Shown here: one piece after another, positions 1 through 8,450 of the stretch
Layout of the letters: every line of letters begins with the position of its first letter
Position numbering within the stretch: position 1 is the stretch's first letter
Assembly: GCA_035704905.1 (NCBI GenBank)
Contig: DASSWN010000005.1
Location: forward strand, 1,549-65,548
Direction of reading: 5' to 3'
DNA length: 64,000 bases
Source: Flavobacteriaceae bacterium
Lineage (GTDB): Bacteria > Bacteroidota > Bacteroidia > Flavobacteriales > Flavobacteriaceae
Made by a program: the position numbers and the translations under genes
Notes under the pieces: generated by a model
Databases searched by the model: none
Seen by the model: the letters and a program-made list of their open reading frames with translations, nothing else
What the model was told of the DNA's origin: nothing

Positions 1-1
1 C

Positions 2-151
2 AGTAGTTGCGTTGCCAGGGTCGTGGAAGGTCACGCCGAAATGGCCAAAAACCAAATCCTTACCGATGCGGAAATCAGTGAAGGCTTGATTTTAACCTGC
101 CAAGCACATCCGACCACGCCGAATATCAAAGTTGATTATGATGATGTTTGA
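2..151 (+). CDS. C-terminal end of a 2Fe-2S ferredoxin-domain protein (PaaE-like/FNR-fused reductase); 5' end lies outside the window
   Basis: The frame is open from the left edge and ends ...SSCVARVVEGHAEM...GLILTCQAHPTTPNIKVDYDDV* with TGA at 149-151. The C..A..EG and LTCQ pattern is typical of the C-terminus of plant-type 2Fe-2S domains. Confidence 0.65.
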   Translation, partial: SSCVARVVEGHAEMAKNQILTDAEISEGLILTCQAHPTTPNIKVDYDDV

Positions 152-338
152 GTCCGAAAATCACTTAGCGGGTTATTCGGGATTACGGTTTTAAATCCGG
201 TTCCACATACAACCAACGGATAGCTTTCAAGGTATAAAAATTTGCTTCAAAAATTACGCAACAAAATCATATTTTTTCTGCTTGACGGGGTTATTTTCCC
301 ATGAATAATCGTAAATTTAAATTTTAAAACCAAACATC

Positions 339-881
339 ATGGCTATTCAGAAACCTTTCAATTTGAACAAATGGATCGAGGAAAACCGCGATTCTTTGAA
401 ACCGCCCGTCGGGAATAAAAATTTATATAAAGATGCCGAAGATTACATTGTAATGATCGTGGCCGGGCCGAATGCCAGAAAAGATTACCATTATAACGAA
501 ACCGAAGAACTTTTTTTCCAATTGGAAGGAAACATACAAGTTCATATTCAAGATAATGGCGAAAAAAAAACAATGGAACTTGGCCCGGGCGATATGTATT
601 TGAACCCGGCAAAAGTGCCACATTCCCCGGTGCGGGAAGAAGGTTCCATTGGGCTTGTAATTGAGCGAAAACGCAAAGGTTTGGATATGAAAGATGGATT
701 GTTGTGGTTTTGCGACAACTGCAACCATAAATTGCACGAAGTTTACTTTGAACTGAACGATATTGAAAAAGATTTTCTGAAACATTTCAAAGAATTCTAT
801 GGAAGCAAAGAATTGCGAACCTGCGACGAATGTGGAACCGAAATGCCGGTCGATGAACGATTTGTGGCCGATAATTCTTAA
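339..881 (+). CDS. 3-hydroxyanthranilate 3,4-dioxygenase (kynurenine pathway, cupin fold)
   Basis: The 180-aa ORF starts FNLNKWIEENRDSLKPPVGNK and contains YHYNETEELFFQLEG and VPHSP. It also has a C-terminal CDNC...CDEC rubredoxin-like site. Length and motifs match bacterial HAAO. Confidence 0.85.
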   Translation: MAIQKPFNLNKWIEENRDSLKPPVGNKNLYKDAEDYIVMIVAGPNARKDYHYNETEELFFQLEGNIQVHIQDNGEKKTMELGPGDMYLNPAKVPHSPVREEGSIGLVIERKRKGLDMKDGLLWFCDNCNHKLHEVYFELNDIEKDFLKHFKEFYGSKELRTCDECGTEMPVDERFVADNS

Positions 882-1024
882 TTCCCTTTTGTATTCATAA
901 TGCTGCGGAATGATTTGCTTTTGTGCGAATTTATTCAGTTCAAAAATTCCTATCCGAAAACTCAGCTTAATTAAAATTTTGGCAACTAACCAGTGTGCTT
1001 AAACACTTGATTGATAAAGATTTA

Positions 1025-1133
1025 TTAACCGCAAAGGACGCCAAGGAAAAGTGCGCAAAGGACGCAAAGGCTTGAGAATCAATTCATGACACCTTGCGAG
1101 CTTTGCGTAAATCTTTGTGAACTTTGCGGTTAA
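1025..1133. repeat. Long imperfect palindrome built from CGCAAAG / CTTTGCG units
   Basis: The left arm is ttaacCGCAAAGgacgccaaggaaaagtgCGCAAAGgaCGCAAAGg. The right arm is acCTTGCGagCTTTGCGtaaatCTTTGTGaaCTTTGCGgttaa. The outer 12 nt (ttaaccgcaaag / ctttgcggttaa) are perfectly complementary, the central loop is about 20 nt, and a T-run follows. Confidence 0.8.
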
Positions 1134-1260
1134 ATTTTTTTAAATGAATGTAAATCAAATAATTGATTTTATTTTAGATTAGACTGATTAGTTACAAATT
1201 TTGCAGGATGCTGAATGGAAAGTGTAAACTTTTCAGTTTTTGCATACCAATTATTTACAG

Positions 1261-1268
1261 TACTTTTG
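1261..1268 (+). promoter_or_regulatory. Bacteroidota-type -7 promoter box (TAnnTTTG) for feoAB
   Basis: TActTTTG lies 31 nt upstream of the feoA start. A TTG at 1240-1242 lies 18 nt upstream of the box and fits a -33 element. Confidence 0.5.
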
Positions 1269-1298
1269 CGTTGTTTAAATTCAATCTAAATAAAAGCG

Positions 1299-1523
1299 GT
1301 GAGAATTTCCCAATTAAAGCTCGGACAACGTGCAATAATCAAAAAATTTTCGGTGGACATTATTCCGCTGAAATTGCTTGAATTGGGGTGTTTGCCGGGC
1401 AATGAGGTGCAATTGCTTCATCTTGCGCCTTTCCGCGACCCGATGTATTTGATTATGAATGGAAATCATCTTGCCATTCGAAAAGAAACCGCCGAACAGA
1501 TTGAAATCGATGTCCTTCCCTAA
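1299..1523 (+). CDS. feoA: Ferrous iron transport protein A
   Basis: The 74-aa ORF has a GTG start and begins MRISQLKLGQRAIIKKF, with ELGCLPGNEV further on. It lies 2 nt upstream of feoB. Confidence 0.85.
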   Translation: MRISQLKLGQRAIIKKFSVDIIPLKLLELGCLPGNEVQLLHLAPFRDPMYLIMNGNHLAIRKETAEQIEIDVLP

Positions 1524-1525
1524 CT

Positions 1526-3640
1526 ATGGCAAAGCAAATTAATGTCGCGCTCATTGGAAACCCCAACACGGGCAAAACTTCTGTTTTCAACCAATTAACA
1601 GGCCTGAACCAAAAAGTAGGGAATTACCCCGGGATAACGGTCGAAAAAAAAGAAGGGGTTTGCAAACTCTCACAGGGGCTGAAAGGGCATATTCTCGATC
1701 TTCCCGGAACGTATAGCCTGAATGCTTCCTCCCTCGACGAGAATATTGTCATTGAATTATTGCTCAACAAAAACGATAAGGATTTTCCTGATGTGGCCGT
1801 GGTTGTTAGCGATACTGAAAATTTGAAGCGGAATTTGTTGCTGTTCACCCAAGTAAAGGATTTGGGGATTCCCACAATTTTGGTCATCAATATGGCCGAC
1901 CGAATGAAGAAAAAAGGGATTTCGATCGACATCTCCCGATTGGAAAAAACGTTGCATACGAAGGTCGTGTTGGTGAGCGCACGAAAAAAAACTGGTTTTG
2001 ACGAATTGAAAGAAGCGATTGTAAATTATCGCCATCTTTCGCTGGAACCCTGTTTGAACGCTTCCTCCATCGATCCGGTTTATTTTGATGATCTGCGAAA
2101 AACCTTCCCCAATCAATCTTTGTACAAATTATGGCTGGTGATTACCCAAGATGTTAATTTTGGTAATTTGAACCGCAAAAAAACAGAACCCGCACAGGAT
2201 TTCAACCCTAAAAAGAAGGCCGAACTCAAACGCTTACAGCAAAAGGAAACCATTGCGAGGTATCAGTTTATCAACAATCTCTTAAAAGATACGATGAAGG
2301 TGGACGCCAAAAGCGCCACGGATATCCGCTCAAAAATTGATCGTATTCTAACGCATAAAATTTGGGGATATGTGATTTTCTTTGGAATCATGTTGTTGAT
2401 TTTTCAAGCGATTTACAGTTGGTCGGCATATCCCATGGATTTAATCGACCGGTTTTTCGCGTTTTTGAGCGAATGGGTACGAAGTATTCTACCGGCCGGG
2501 GTTTTCACAAATTTGGTCGCAGAAGGAATTATTCCAGGTCTTGGCGGCATCGTGATTTTTATTCCGCAAATTGCTTTTCTGTTCCTTTTTATTTCCATTT
2601 TGGAAGAAAGTGGCTACATGAGCCGCGTGGCATTCTTAATGGATCGGATTATGCGCCGTTTTGGATTAAGCGGAAAAAGTGTGATTCCGTTGGTATCGGG
2701 GACTGCTTGCGCGATTCCAGCGATTATGGCCACACGAAATATTGAAAATTGGAAAGAACGTTTGATTACCATTTTGGTGATTCCGTTTACAACCTGTTCG
2801 GCACGGCTTCCGGTTTATTTGATCATTATTGCCCTTGTAATTCCCGACAAAACCTATCTGGGAATTTTTGGTTTGCAGGCATTGACGTTGATGGCACTTT
2901 ACATTCTCGGTTTTGTTACCGCAATTCTTGGCGCATGGGGATTGAACAAAGTTTTGAAAATTAGGAGCAAAAGCTTTTTCATTATTGAAATGCCGAATTA
3001 CAAGGTGCCGATGTTTAAAAGTGTTGCGATCAATATCATTGAAAAAACGAAGTCGTTTGTGGTTGGCGCGGGAAAAATCATCTTGGCTATTTCAATTATC
3101 CTTTGGGTTCTTGCGAGTTATGGACCTGGGGAAAAATTTGAAAATGCCGAAGAAATCGTAACGGAAAATTACACGGAAAACATTTCGCCAGAAACATTTT
3201 CCCAAGATGAATTAGACACGAAAATTGCTTCTTTTAAACTGGAAAATTCGTATATTGGAATCGCTGGAAAAACAATTGAACCACTAGTTCGGCCTTTGGG
3301 CTATGATTGGAAAATAGGCATCGCCCTCATTAGTTCTTTTGCCGCTCGTGAAGTTTTTGTGGGAACTTTGGCAACCATTTACAGCGTAGGCAGCGAAGAT
3401 GAAGCCACAATTCAGCAACGCATGAAAGCTGAAAAAAACCCTATCCTCGGAGGCCCGCTGTATAATTTCGCAAGCGGAATCAGCTTATTGTTGTTTTATG
3501 CTTTTGCGATGCAATGCATGAGCACGTTGGCCATTGTAAAAGTGGAAACGCATTCATGGAAATGGCCGGTGATTCAACTGGTGGTCATGACCGGAATTGC
3601 TTATATCGCTGCTTTGGTGGCCTTTCAACTGCTAAAATAA
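1526..3640 (+). CDS. feoB: Ferrous iron transporter B (GTPase plus permease)
   Basis: The 704-aa ORF has an N-terminal G-domain (GNPNTGKTSVFN, DLPGTYS, NMAD). A polytopic membrane domain follows. Confidence 0.95.
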   Translation: MAKQINVALIGNPNTGKTSVFNQLTGLNQKVGNYPGITVEKKEGVCKLSQGLKGHILDLPGTYSLNASSLDENIVIELLLNKNDKDFPDVAVVVSDTENLKRNLLLFTQVKDLGIPTILVINMADRMKKKGISIDISRLEKTLHTKVVLVSARKKTGFDELKEAIVNYRHLSLEPCLNASSIDPVYFDDLRKTFPNQSLYKLWLVITQDVNFGNLNRKKTEPAQDFNPKKKAELKRLQQKETIARYQFINNLLKDTMKVDAKSATDIRSKIDRILTHKIWGYVIFFGIMLLIFQAIYSWSAYPMDLIDRFFAFLSEWVRSILPAGVFTNLVAEGIIPGLGGIVIFIPQIAFLFLFISILEESGYMSRVAFLMDRIMRRFGLSGKSVIPLVSGTACAIPAIMATRNIENWKERLITILVIPFTTCSARLPVYLIIIALVIPDKTYLGIFGLQALTLMALYILGFVTAILGAWGLNKVLKIRSKSFFIIEMPNYKVPMFKSVAINIIEKTKSFVVGAGKIILAISIILWVLASYGPGEKFENAEEIVTENYTENISPETFSQDELDTKIASFKLENSYIGIAGKTIEPLVRPLGYDWKIGIALISSFAAREVFVGTLATIYSVGSEDEATIQQRMKAEKNPILGGPLYNFASGISLLLFYAFAMQCMSTLAIVKVETHSWKWPVIQLVVMTGIAYIAALVAFQLLK

Positions 3641-3645
3641 ACAGT

Positions 3646-3780
3646 ATGTTTCAACAGATTTTAGTCTTCATCTTATTTTTGATCGCAGTGTTGTTTCTTT
3701 TGAAAAAATTCTTCTGGAAAAGCAAAAAGAAATCAAAAAAGGCCTGTGGAAAAAATGGCACCGATTGTGGCTGCCATTAA
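3646..3780 (+). CDS. FeoB-associated Cys-rich small membrane protein
   Basis: An ATG at 3646 lies 6 nt after the feoB stop. The 44-aa product MFQQILVFILFLIAVLFLLKKFFWKSKKKSKKACGKNGTDCGCH has one TM helix, a Lys-rich linker and a Cys-rich tail. Confidence 0.6.
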   Translation: MFQQILVFILFLIAVLFLLKKFFWKSKKKSKKACGKNGTDCGCH

Positions 3781-3826
3781 TCAAATTGGAAGTTCGTTTC
3801 CGCAGGATTTTCACTGAGCGGGAAAG

Positions 3827-4120
3827 TCAATCTTCATAAACAGCCAATCGGTTTCGCAAGTTTCGAATTTTATGGTTTAAGGAATCGACTTGATCCAAAA
3901 GATCGAAAACGGCGGCTATTCCTTCGGTATTTATGTTTAAATCTTTGTGCAGGCGCACCGTTTTTTCCAGATTGGAAAGTTGGGTTTCTTCAATAAAATC
4001 TTCTTCTTTTCCTTTCACGATTTCAATTAGCCCAATTTCATAGATGGAATAAATAAAATCGGTTCCAACCTGATGACTGCTGCAAAAAGTTTGGATTGCT
4101 ATGAGGTTTGGATCTTCCAT
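3827..4120 (-). CDS. cbpM: Chaperone modulator CbpM-like (MerR-type HTH)
   Basis: The 97-aa ORF lies immediately downstream (2-nt gap) of a CbpA-like J-protein. Its size, position and coiled C-terminus fit CbpM. Confidence 0.6.
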   Translation of the reverse strand: MEDPNLIAIQTFCSSHQVGTDFIYSIYEIGLIEIVKGKEEDFIEETQLSNLEKTVRLHKDLNINTEGIAAVFDLLDQVDSLNHKIRNLRNRLAVYED

Positions 4121-4122
4121 AG

Positions 4123-5028
4123 TTAACGTAATTTTGAAAGTTCTTGAAATAATTCCTTTTCTTTGGCGCTGAGGTTTTTCGGAATTTGTATTTTATAGGT
4201 CAGGTACAAATCGCCAAAGTGCCCCGATTTTTTGTACACCGGAAAACCTTTTCCCTTTAATTTTATTTTTGAATCATTTGGTGTTTCGGGTTTCACTTTC
4301 AGTTTCGCTTTTCCGTCAAAAGTTTCTACGGTAATTTCTCCGCCCAAAAGTGCGGTATAAAGATCAAGCGGAACCTCTTTGAACAAATCGCTGCCGTCGC
4401 GCTTGAATTCTGTGTTGTTTACGATGTTGAAAGTAATATACAAATCGCCTTTCGGTCCTTCGTTCATGCCCGGGCCGCCATGGCCTTTTATTTTAATGGT
4501 TTGCCCGTTTTCAATCCCGGCCGGAATGGTCAACCGAATTTGCTTTCCATTTACCGTTAAGGTTTGTTTTTGAGAACGATACACATCGGTCAAATTCAAG
4601 CGAAGTTCGGCATTGAAATCTTGTCCTTTGAACCTGGTTCTTCCTCCGGAATTGCCTCCAAATCCGCCGCCGCCACCGAACATAGAACTGAAAAAGTCCG
4701 AAAAATCTTCTTGTCCAAAGTTGCCTCCATAACTTTGCTGATGATTTCTGCCCGCGTGCTGCTGTTGACGCGGATCGTAACCCGCTTTTTCGAATTCATC
4801 GGCGTGTTGCCAATCTTTTCCGTATTTATCGTATTTCTTCTTCTTTTCCGGGTCGCTCAACACTTCATTTGCTTCATTTATTTGCTGAAATTTTGCTTGG
4901 GCTTCTTTATCATTTGGGTTCAAATCCGGATGATGTTTTCGCGCCAATTTGCGGTAGGCTTTTTTTACATCGGCGATGGATGCGTTTTTATCCAGCCCCA
5001 GAATTTTATAATAATCGATAAATTCCAT
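4123..5028 (-). CDS. cbpA: DnaJ-class co-chaperone / curved-DNA-binding protein CbpA
   Basis: The N-terminal J domain reads DYYKILGL...[20 protein letters not shown]-rich linker and DnaJ C-terminal domains follow, and there is no zinc finger. Confidence 0.85.
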   Translation of the reverse strand: MEFIDYYKILGLDKNASIADVKKAYRKLARKHHPDLNPNDKEAQAKFQQINEANEVLSDPEKKKKYDKYGKDWQHADEFEKAGYDPRQQQHAGRNHQQSYGGNFGQEDFSDFFSSMFGGGGGFGGNSGGRTRFKGQDFNAELRLNLTDVYRSQKQTLTVNGKQIRLTIPAGIENGQTIKIKGHGGPGMNEGPKGDLYITFNIVNNTEFKRDGSDLFKEVPLDLYTALLGGEITVETFDGKAKLKVKPETPNDSKIKLKGKGFPVYKKSGHFGDLYLTYKIQIPKNLSAKEKELFQELSKLR

Positions 5029-5115
5029 GGAATGCTTTTTTAATATTTAAAGGTATTGCTTTTTCCGCAAACCTGTTTTCATTTTTAATTTTCCCTAACA
5101 TTACGATCAAGTTTG

Positions 5116-5123
5116 TACCTTTG
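5116..5123 (+). promoter_or_regulatory. -7 promoter box (TAccTTTG) for queD
   Basis: TAccTTTG ends 27 nt upstream of the ATG at 5150. Confidence 0.45.
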
Positions 5124-5149
5124 TTTTGTACATTGAATTTCAAAAAAAA

Positions 5150-5599
5150 ATGAGCAAAATCCGTATCACCAAACAATTTTCTTTCGAAACCGGGCATGCA
5201 CTTTATGGTTATGACGGAAAATGCAGAAACGTTCATGGCCACAGCTACAAACTTTTTGTAACAGTCTTGGGAACGCCAAACAGCGATAAAAATCACGTGA
5301 AATATGGAATGGTGATCGATTTTGGCGATTTAAAGAAAATCGTGAAAGAAGAGATCGTCGATAAATTCGATCACGCCACGGTTTTCAATAAAAACACCCC
5401 CCATTTGGAATTGGCGGAAGAGCTCGAAAAACGAGGGCATAATGTAATTTTGGTAGATTACCAACCAACAAGCGAAAAAATGGTGTTGGATTTTGTGGAA
5501 AAAATCAAAAATCGCTTGCCCCATGAAATTTCCCTACATTCATTAAAACTTCAGGAAACCGAAAGCAGTTTCGCGGAATGGTATGCAAGTGATAATTAA
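5150..5599 (+). CDS. queD: 6-carboxy-5,6,7,8-tetrahydropterin synthase / 6-pyruvoyl-tetrahydropterin synthase family
   Basis: The sequence MSKIRITKQFSFETGHAL...CRNVHGHSY carries the PTPS zinc-binding His motif. I chose the ATG at 5150 over the TTG at 5126. Confidence 0.85.
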   Translation: MSKIRITKQFSFETGHALYGYDGKCRNVHGHSYKLFVTVLGTPNSDKNHVKYGMVIDFGDLKKIVKEEIVDKFDHATVFNKNTPHLELAEELEKRGHNVILVDYQPTSEKMVLDFVEKIKNRLPHEISLHSLKLQETESSFAEWYASDN

Positions 5600-5622
5600 G
5601 ATTTTTTGAAATTGACCCCCGT

Positions 5623-6282
5623 TTACCGTAAATTCATTTCCGGCACATTCGTATCTATGATCAGTTCACCTTGCGTTTTTTGTTGAATTTCCATCACGCT
5701 AACACCCGGTGCGCGCTCCAAAAGCCGAAAGCCTCCTTCGGTAACTTCCAAAACAGCGAGATTGGTAACAATTTTTGTAACGCAACCAACGCCCGTTAAC
5801 GGCAAACTGCACCGCTTCAATAATTTTGAATCGCCCGCGCGGTTGGTGTGCATCATGGCAACAATTATATTTTCGGCCGAAGCCACCAAATCCATCGCTC
5901 CGCCCATACCTTTTACTAATTTTCCAGGGATTTTCCAATTCGCGATATCGCCATTTTCAGCGACTTCCATGGCTCCCAAAATAGTTAAATCCACATGTTT
6001 TCCCCGAATCATGCCAAAACTCATGGCCGAGTCGAAAAAGCTCGCGCCGGGCAGGGCCGTTATGGTTTGTTTGCCGGCATTTATAAGATCGGGGTCGGCT
6101 TCTCCTTCATACGGAAAAGGGCCCATGCCCAACACGCCGTTTTCACTTTGAAATTCGACATCGATATCGTCGCGCACAAAATTGGCCACCAATGTTGGGA
6201 TTCCAATACCTAGGTTTACATAATACCCATCCTTGATTTCCTGTGCGATGCGGTGCGCTATTCCATTTTTATCTAATGACAT
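5623..6282 (-). CDS. scoB: 3-oxoacid CoA-transferase subunit B
   Basis: The 219-aa ORF contains YVNLGIGIPT, SENG and GMGGAMDL, which are class I CoA-transferase B-subunit motifs. Confidence 0.9.
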   Translation of the reverse strand: MSLDKNGIAHRIAQEIKDGYYVNLGIGIPTLVANFVRDDIDVEFQSENGVLGMGPFPYEGEADPDLINAGKQTITALPGASFFDSAMSFGMIRGKHVDLTILGAMEVAENGDIANWKIPGKLVKGMGGAMDLVASAENIIVAMMHTNRAGDSKLLKRCSLPLTGVGCVTKIVTNLAVLEVTEGGFRLLERAPGVSVMEIQQKTQGELIIDTNVPEMNLR

Positions 6283-6408
6283 ATCTATAATTTGAAAATG
6301 TTTTGATTTGATGATTTGAAGATGGAGGTATCAATTTGTTGTTTTGAAAATAAACTTGATCCGAAGACGAAGCTGATCATCAAATTTTCAAATTGTCCGA
6401 TTTTCAAA
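6283..6408. repeat. Low-complexity inverted-arm element filling the scoA-scoB spacer
   Basis: aatttgaaaat (6289-6299) is perfectly complementary to attttcaaatt (6384-6394). Further complementary blocks (ttgatgat / atcatcaa, gatttgaa / ttcaaatc) occur in the arms. The element fills the whole 126-nt spacer between two genes that are normally adjacent. Confidence 0.7.
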
Positions 6409-7107
6409 TCATTTTTCCCTCACGGTCAGTTGTTCAATTCTTTTTTCATAATCTTTCCCCTGAAAAATCCGTTGCACGAATATTCCAGGAATATGGATAT
6501 GGTTCGGATCGAGCTCGCCCGGTTTCACCAATTCTTCAACTTCGACAACGGTGGTTTTGGCCGCTCCACACATCACCGGATTAAAATTCCGGGCGGTTCC
6601 TTTGAAAATCAGGTTGCCAACCTCATCGCCTTTCCAAGCTTTTATAAAAGCGAAATCGGCTTTGAACGATTCTTCCAAAACATAATGTTTTCCATTGAAT
6701 TCCCGTATTTCCTTTCCTTCGGCAACTTCAGTTCCATATCCGGCGGCAACAAAAATGGCTGGAAAACCATGTTGCGCCGCGCGGCATTTTTCTGCCAACG
6801 TACCTTGGGGCGTAAGTTCCACATCAAGTTCACCGGTTAGCATTTGCCGTTCGAATTCAGCATTTTCACCCACATAGGAAGCAATCATTTTCTTGATTTG
6901 TTTCTTTTTCAAAAGCAACCCGAGCCCAAAATCGTCCACGCCTGCATTGTTGGAAATACAAGTTAAATCTTTCACATTCATGCGAACAATTTCAGCTATC
7001 AGGTTTTCCGGAATACCGCAAAGCCCGAAACCACCGAACATCAAGGTCATTCCACTTTCTAAACCTTTTACGGCTTCGCTTATCGACGACACAGTTTTTT
7101 TTATCAT
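6409..7107 (-). CDS. scoA: 3-oxoacid CoA-transferase subunit A
   Basis: The 232-aa ORF contains [12 protein letters not shown] and ISNNAG, which are A-subunit signatures. It lies upstream of scoB. Confidence 0.9.
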   Translation of the reverse strand: MIKKTVSSISEAVKGLESGMTLMFGGFGLCGIPENLIAEIVRMNVKDLTCISNNAGVDDFGLGLLLKKKQIKKMIASYVGENAEFERQMLTGELDVELTPQGTLAEKCRAAQHGFPAIFVAAGYGTEVAEGKEIREFNGKHYVLEESFKADFAFIKAWKGDEVGNLIFKGTARNFNPVMCGAAKTTVVEVEELVKPGELDPNHIHIPGIFVQRIFQGKDYEKRIEQLTVREK

Positions 7108-7224
7108 TGGATTTTTCTTTGTCGAAATTTACAAAAATTTGTTTTATTCGGTAAAAATACTTTAAGAAAGCCCTTGCAGGATTTCTTTTAAAAATAGTAC
7201 ATTTACAAAAGTAACAAAAGTAGT

Positions 7225-7884
7225 ATGAAAACAGCCATAATTTTGGGCGCAACAGGATTGACGGGCAACATACTCTTACATAAATTGTTAGCAGACGATT
7301 ACTATGCTAAAGTAATTGTTTTCGGAAGAAGGACCGTGGGGCTCAAACATCCCAAAATGCAAGAGTACATAGTCGATTTGTTCGAATTGGAAAAATACAA
7401 GGAACAATTTCGAGGAGATGTGGTTTTTTGTTGCGTTGGAAGCACACAGAAAAAAACGCCAAAGAAAAAAATCTATCAAAAAGTCGATTTTGGAATTCCG
7501 GTAACCGCGGCAAAATTGTGCCGGCAAAACGGCATTCGTTTTTTTGAAGTCATTTCTGCCCTGGGAGCCAACGCCAACAGCCGGTTTTTTTATAATCGAA
7601 TAAAAGGCGAAATGGAACTTGAAGTGATGGCGCAAAATATTCAAGACACCTATGTTTTCCGACCATCGTTAATTGGAGGTGAACGCGAAGAAAAGCGGCC
7701 TTTCGAATTTTTCTGGAAACAAGTTATGAAAACCACCGATTTCTTGATGTTCGGGCCCCTGAAAAAATTTAAGCCCATTCATCCCGAAACCATTGCCACG
7801 GCGATGATTTTCGTTGCAAAAAACCGCTACCGAAAATTACTGATCAAATCGGAAGAAATTGAAGAAATTGCCGCAAACGCATGA
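7225..7884 (+). CDS. NAD(P)H-binding Rossmann-fold oxidoreductase (atypical SDR, HTATIP2/YraR-like)
   Basis: The N-terminus reads ILGATGLTGNILL (GxxGxxG). The ORF is 219 aa. Confidence 0.7.
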   Translation: MKTAIILGATGLTGNILLHKLLADDYYAKVIVFGRRTVGLKHPKMQEYIVDLFELEKYKEQFRGDVVFCCVGSTQKKTPKKKIYQKVDFGIPVTAAKLCRQNGIRFFEVISALGANANSRFFYNRIKGEMELEVMAQNIQDTYVFRPSLIGGEREEKRPFEFFWKQVMKTTDFLMFGPLKKFKPIHPETIATAMIFVAKNRYRKLLIKSEEIEEIAANA

Positions 7885-8348
7885 TCGAAATCGAACGTAA
7901 ATTCTTGGTAACTTCCTCGGAATTCAAATCGGTGGCTAATAAAAGAATGCATATTCGCCAAGCTTATTTGAGTTCGAATCCGGCGCGTAGCGTGCGCATT
8001 CGCATTCAAGATGAAAAAGGATTTATAACCATTAAAGGAAAATCGAATAAAAGCGGTTTATCGCGTTTTGAATGGGAAAAAGAAATTCCTGCAAAAGAAG
8101 CAGAAACTTTGTTGGATTTATGTGAAGCTTTTCCAATTGAAAAAAACCGTTTTTTGGTGAAGTTTGGTGAACATGTTTATGAAGTGGATGAATTTTATGC
8201 CGAAAACCAAGGCTTGATTATTGCCGAAATTGAACTTGCCAGCGAAGACGAAAATTTTTTAAAACCAGAATGGCTGGGTAGGGAAGTCACGGGCGATAAA
8301 CGCTATTACAACGCCCATTTGAGCAAATTTCCGTTTACGGAATGGTAA
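7881..8348 (+). CDS. CYTH-domain protein (triphosphate tunnel metalloenzyme)
   Basis: It starts MIEIERKFLV, the EXEXK CYTH signature, and later contains IAEIEL. Its start overlaps the upstream stop as ATGA. Confidence 0.8.
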   Translation: MIEIERKFLVTSSEFKSVANKRMHIRQAYLSSNPARSVRIRIQDEKGFITIKGKSNKSGLSRFEWEKEIPAKEAETLLDLCEAFPIEKNRFLVKFGEHVYEVDEFYAENQGLIIAEIELASEDENFLKPEWLGREVTGDKRYYNAHLSKFPFTEW

Positions 8349-8450
8349 CTTCTAATTTACCATTTTGATAAAAAATCGGAACCTATTCAAATTGAATTTC
8401 CACATACCACAAAAAACTGTACATTAGTGCTTCAAAATTTCAAAATAACC

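Noticed and set aside
3797-3825. A hairpin (tttccgc..gcgggaaa) between the convergent feo operon and cbpM
   Set aside because: The stem is imperfect and there is no T-run on either strand, so the support for a terminator call is too weak.
7970-7987. A tRNA T-arm-like string (gagTTCGAATCcggcgcg)
   Set aside because: It lies inside the CYTH coding frame (..LSSNPARSV..). No acceptor, D or anticodon arms can be drawn around it.
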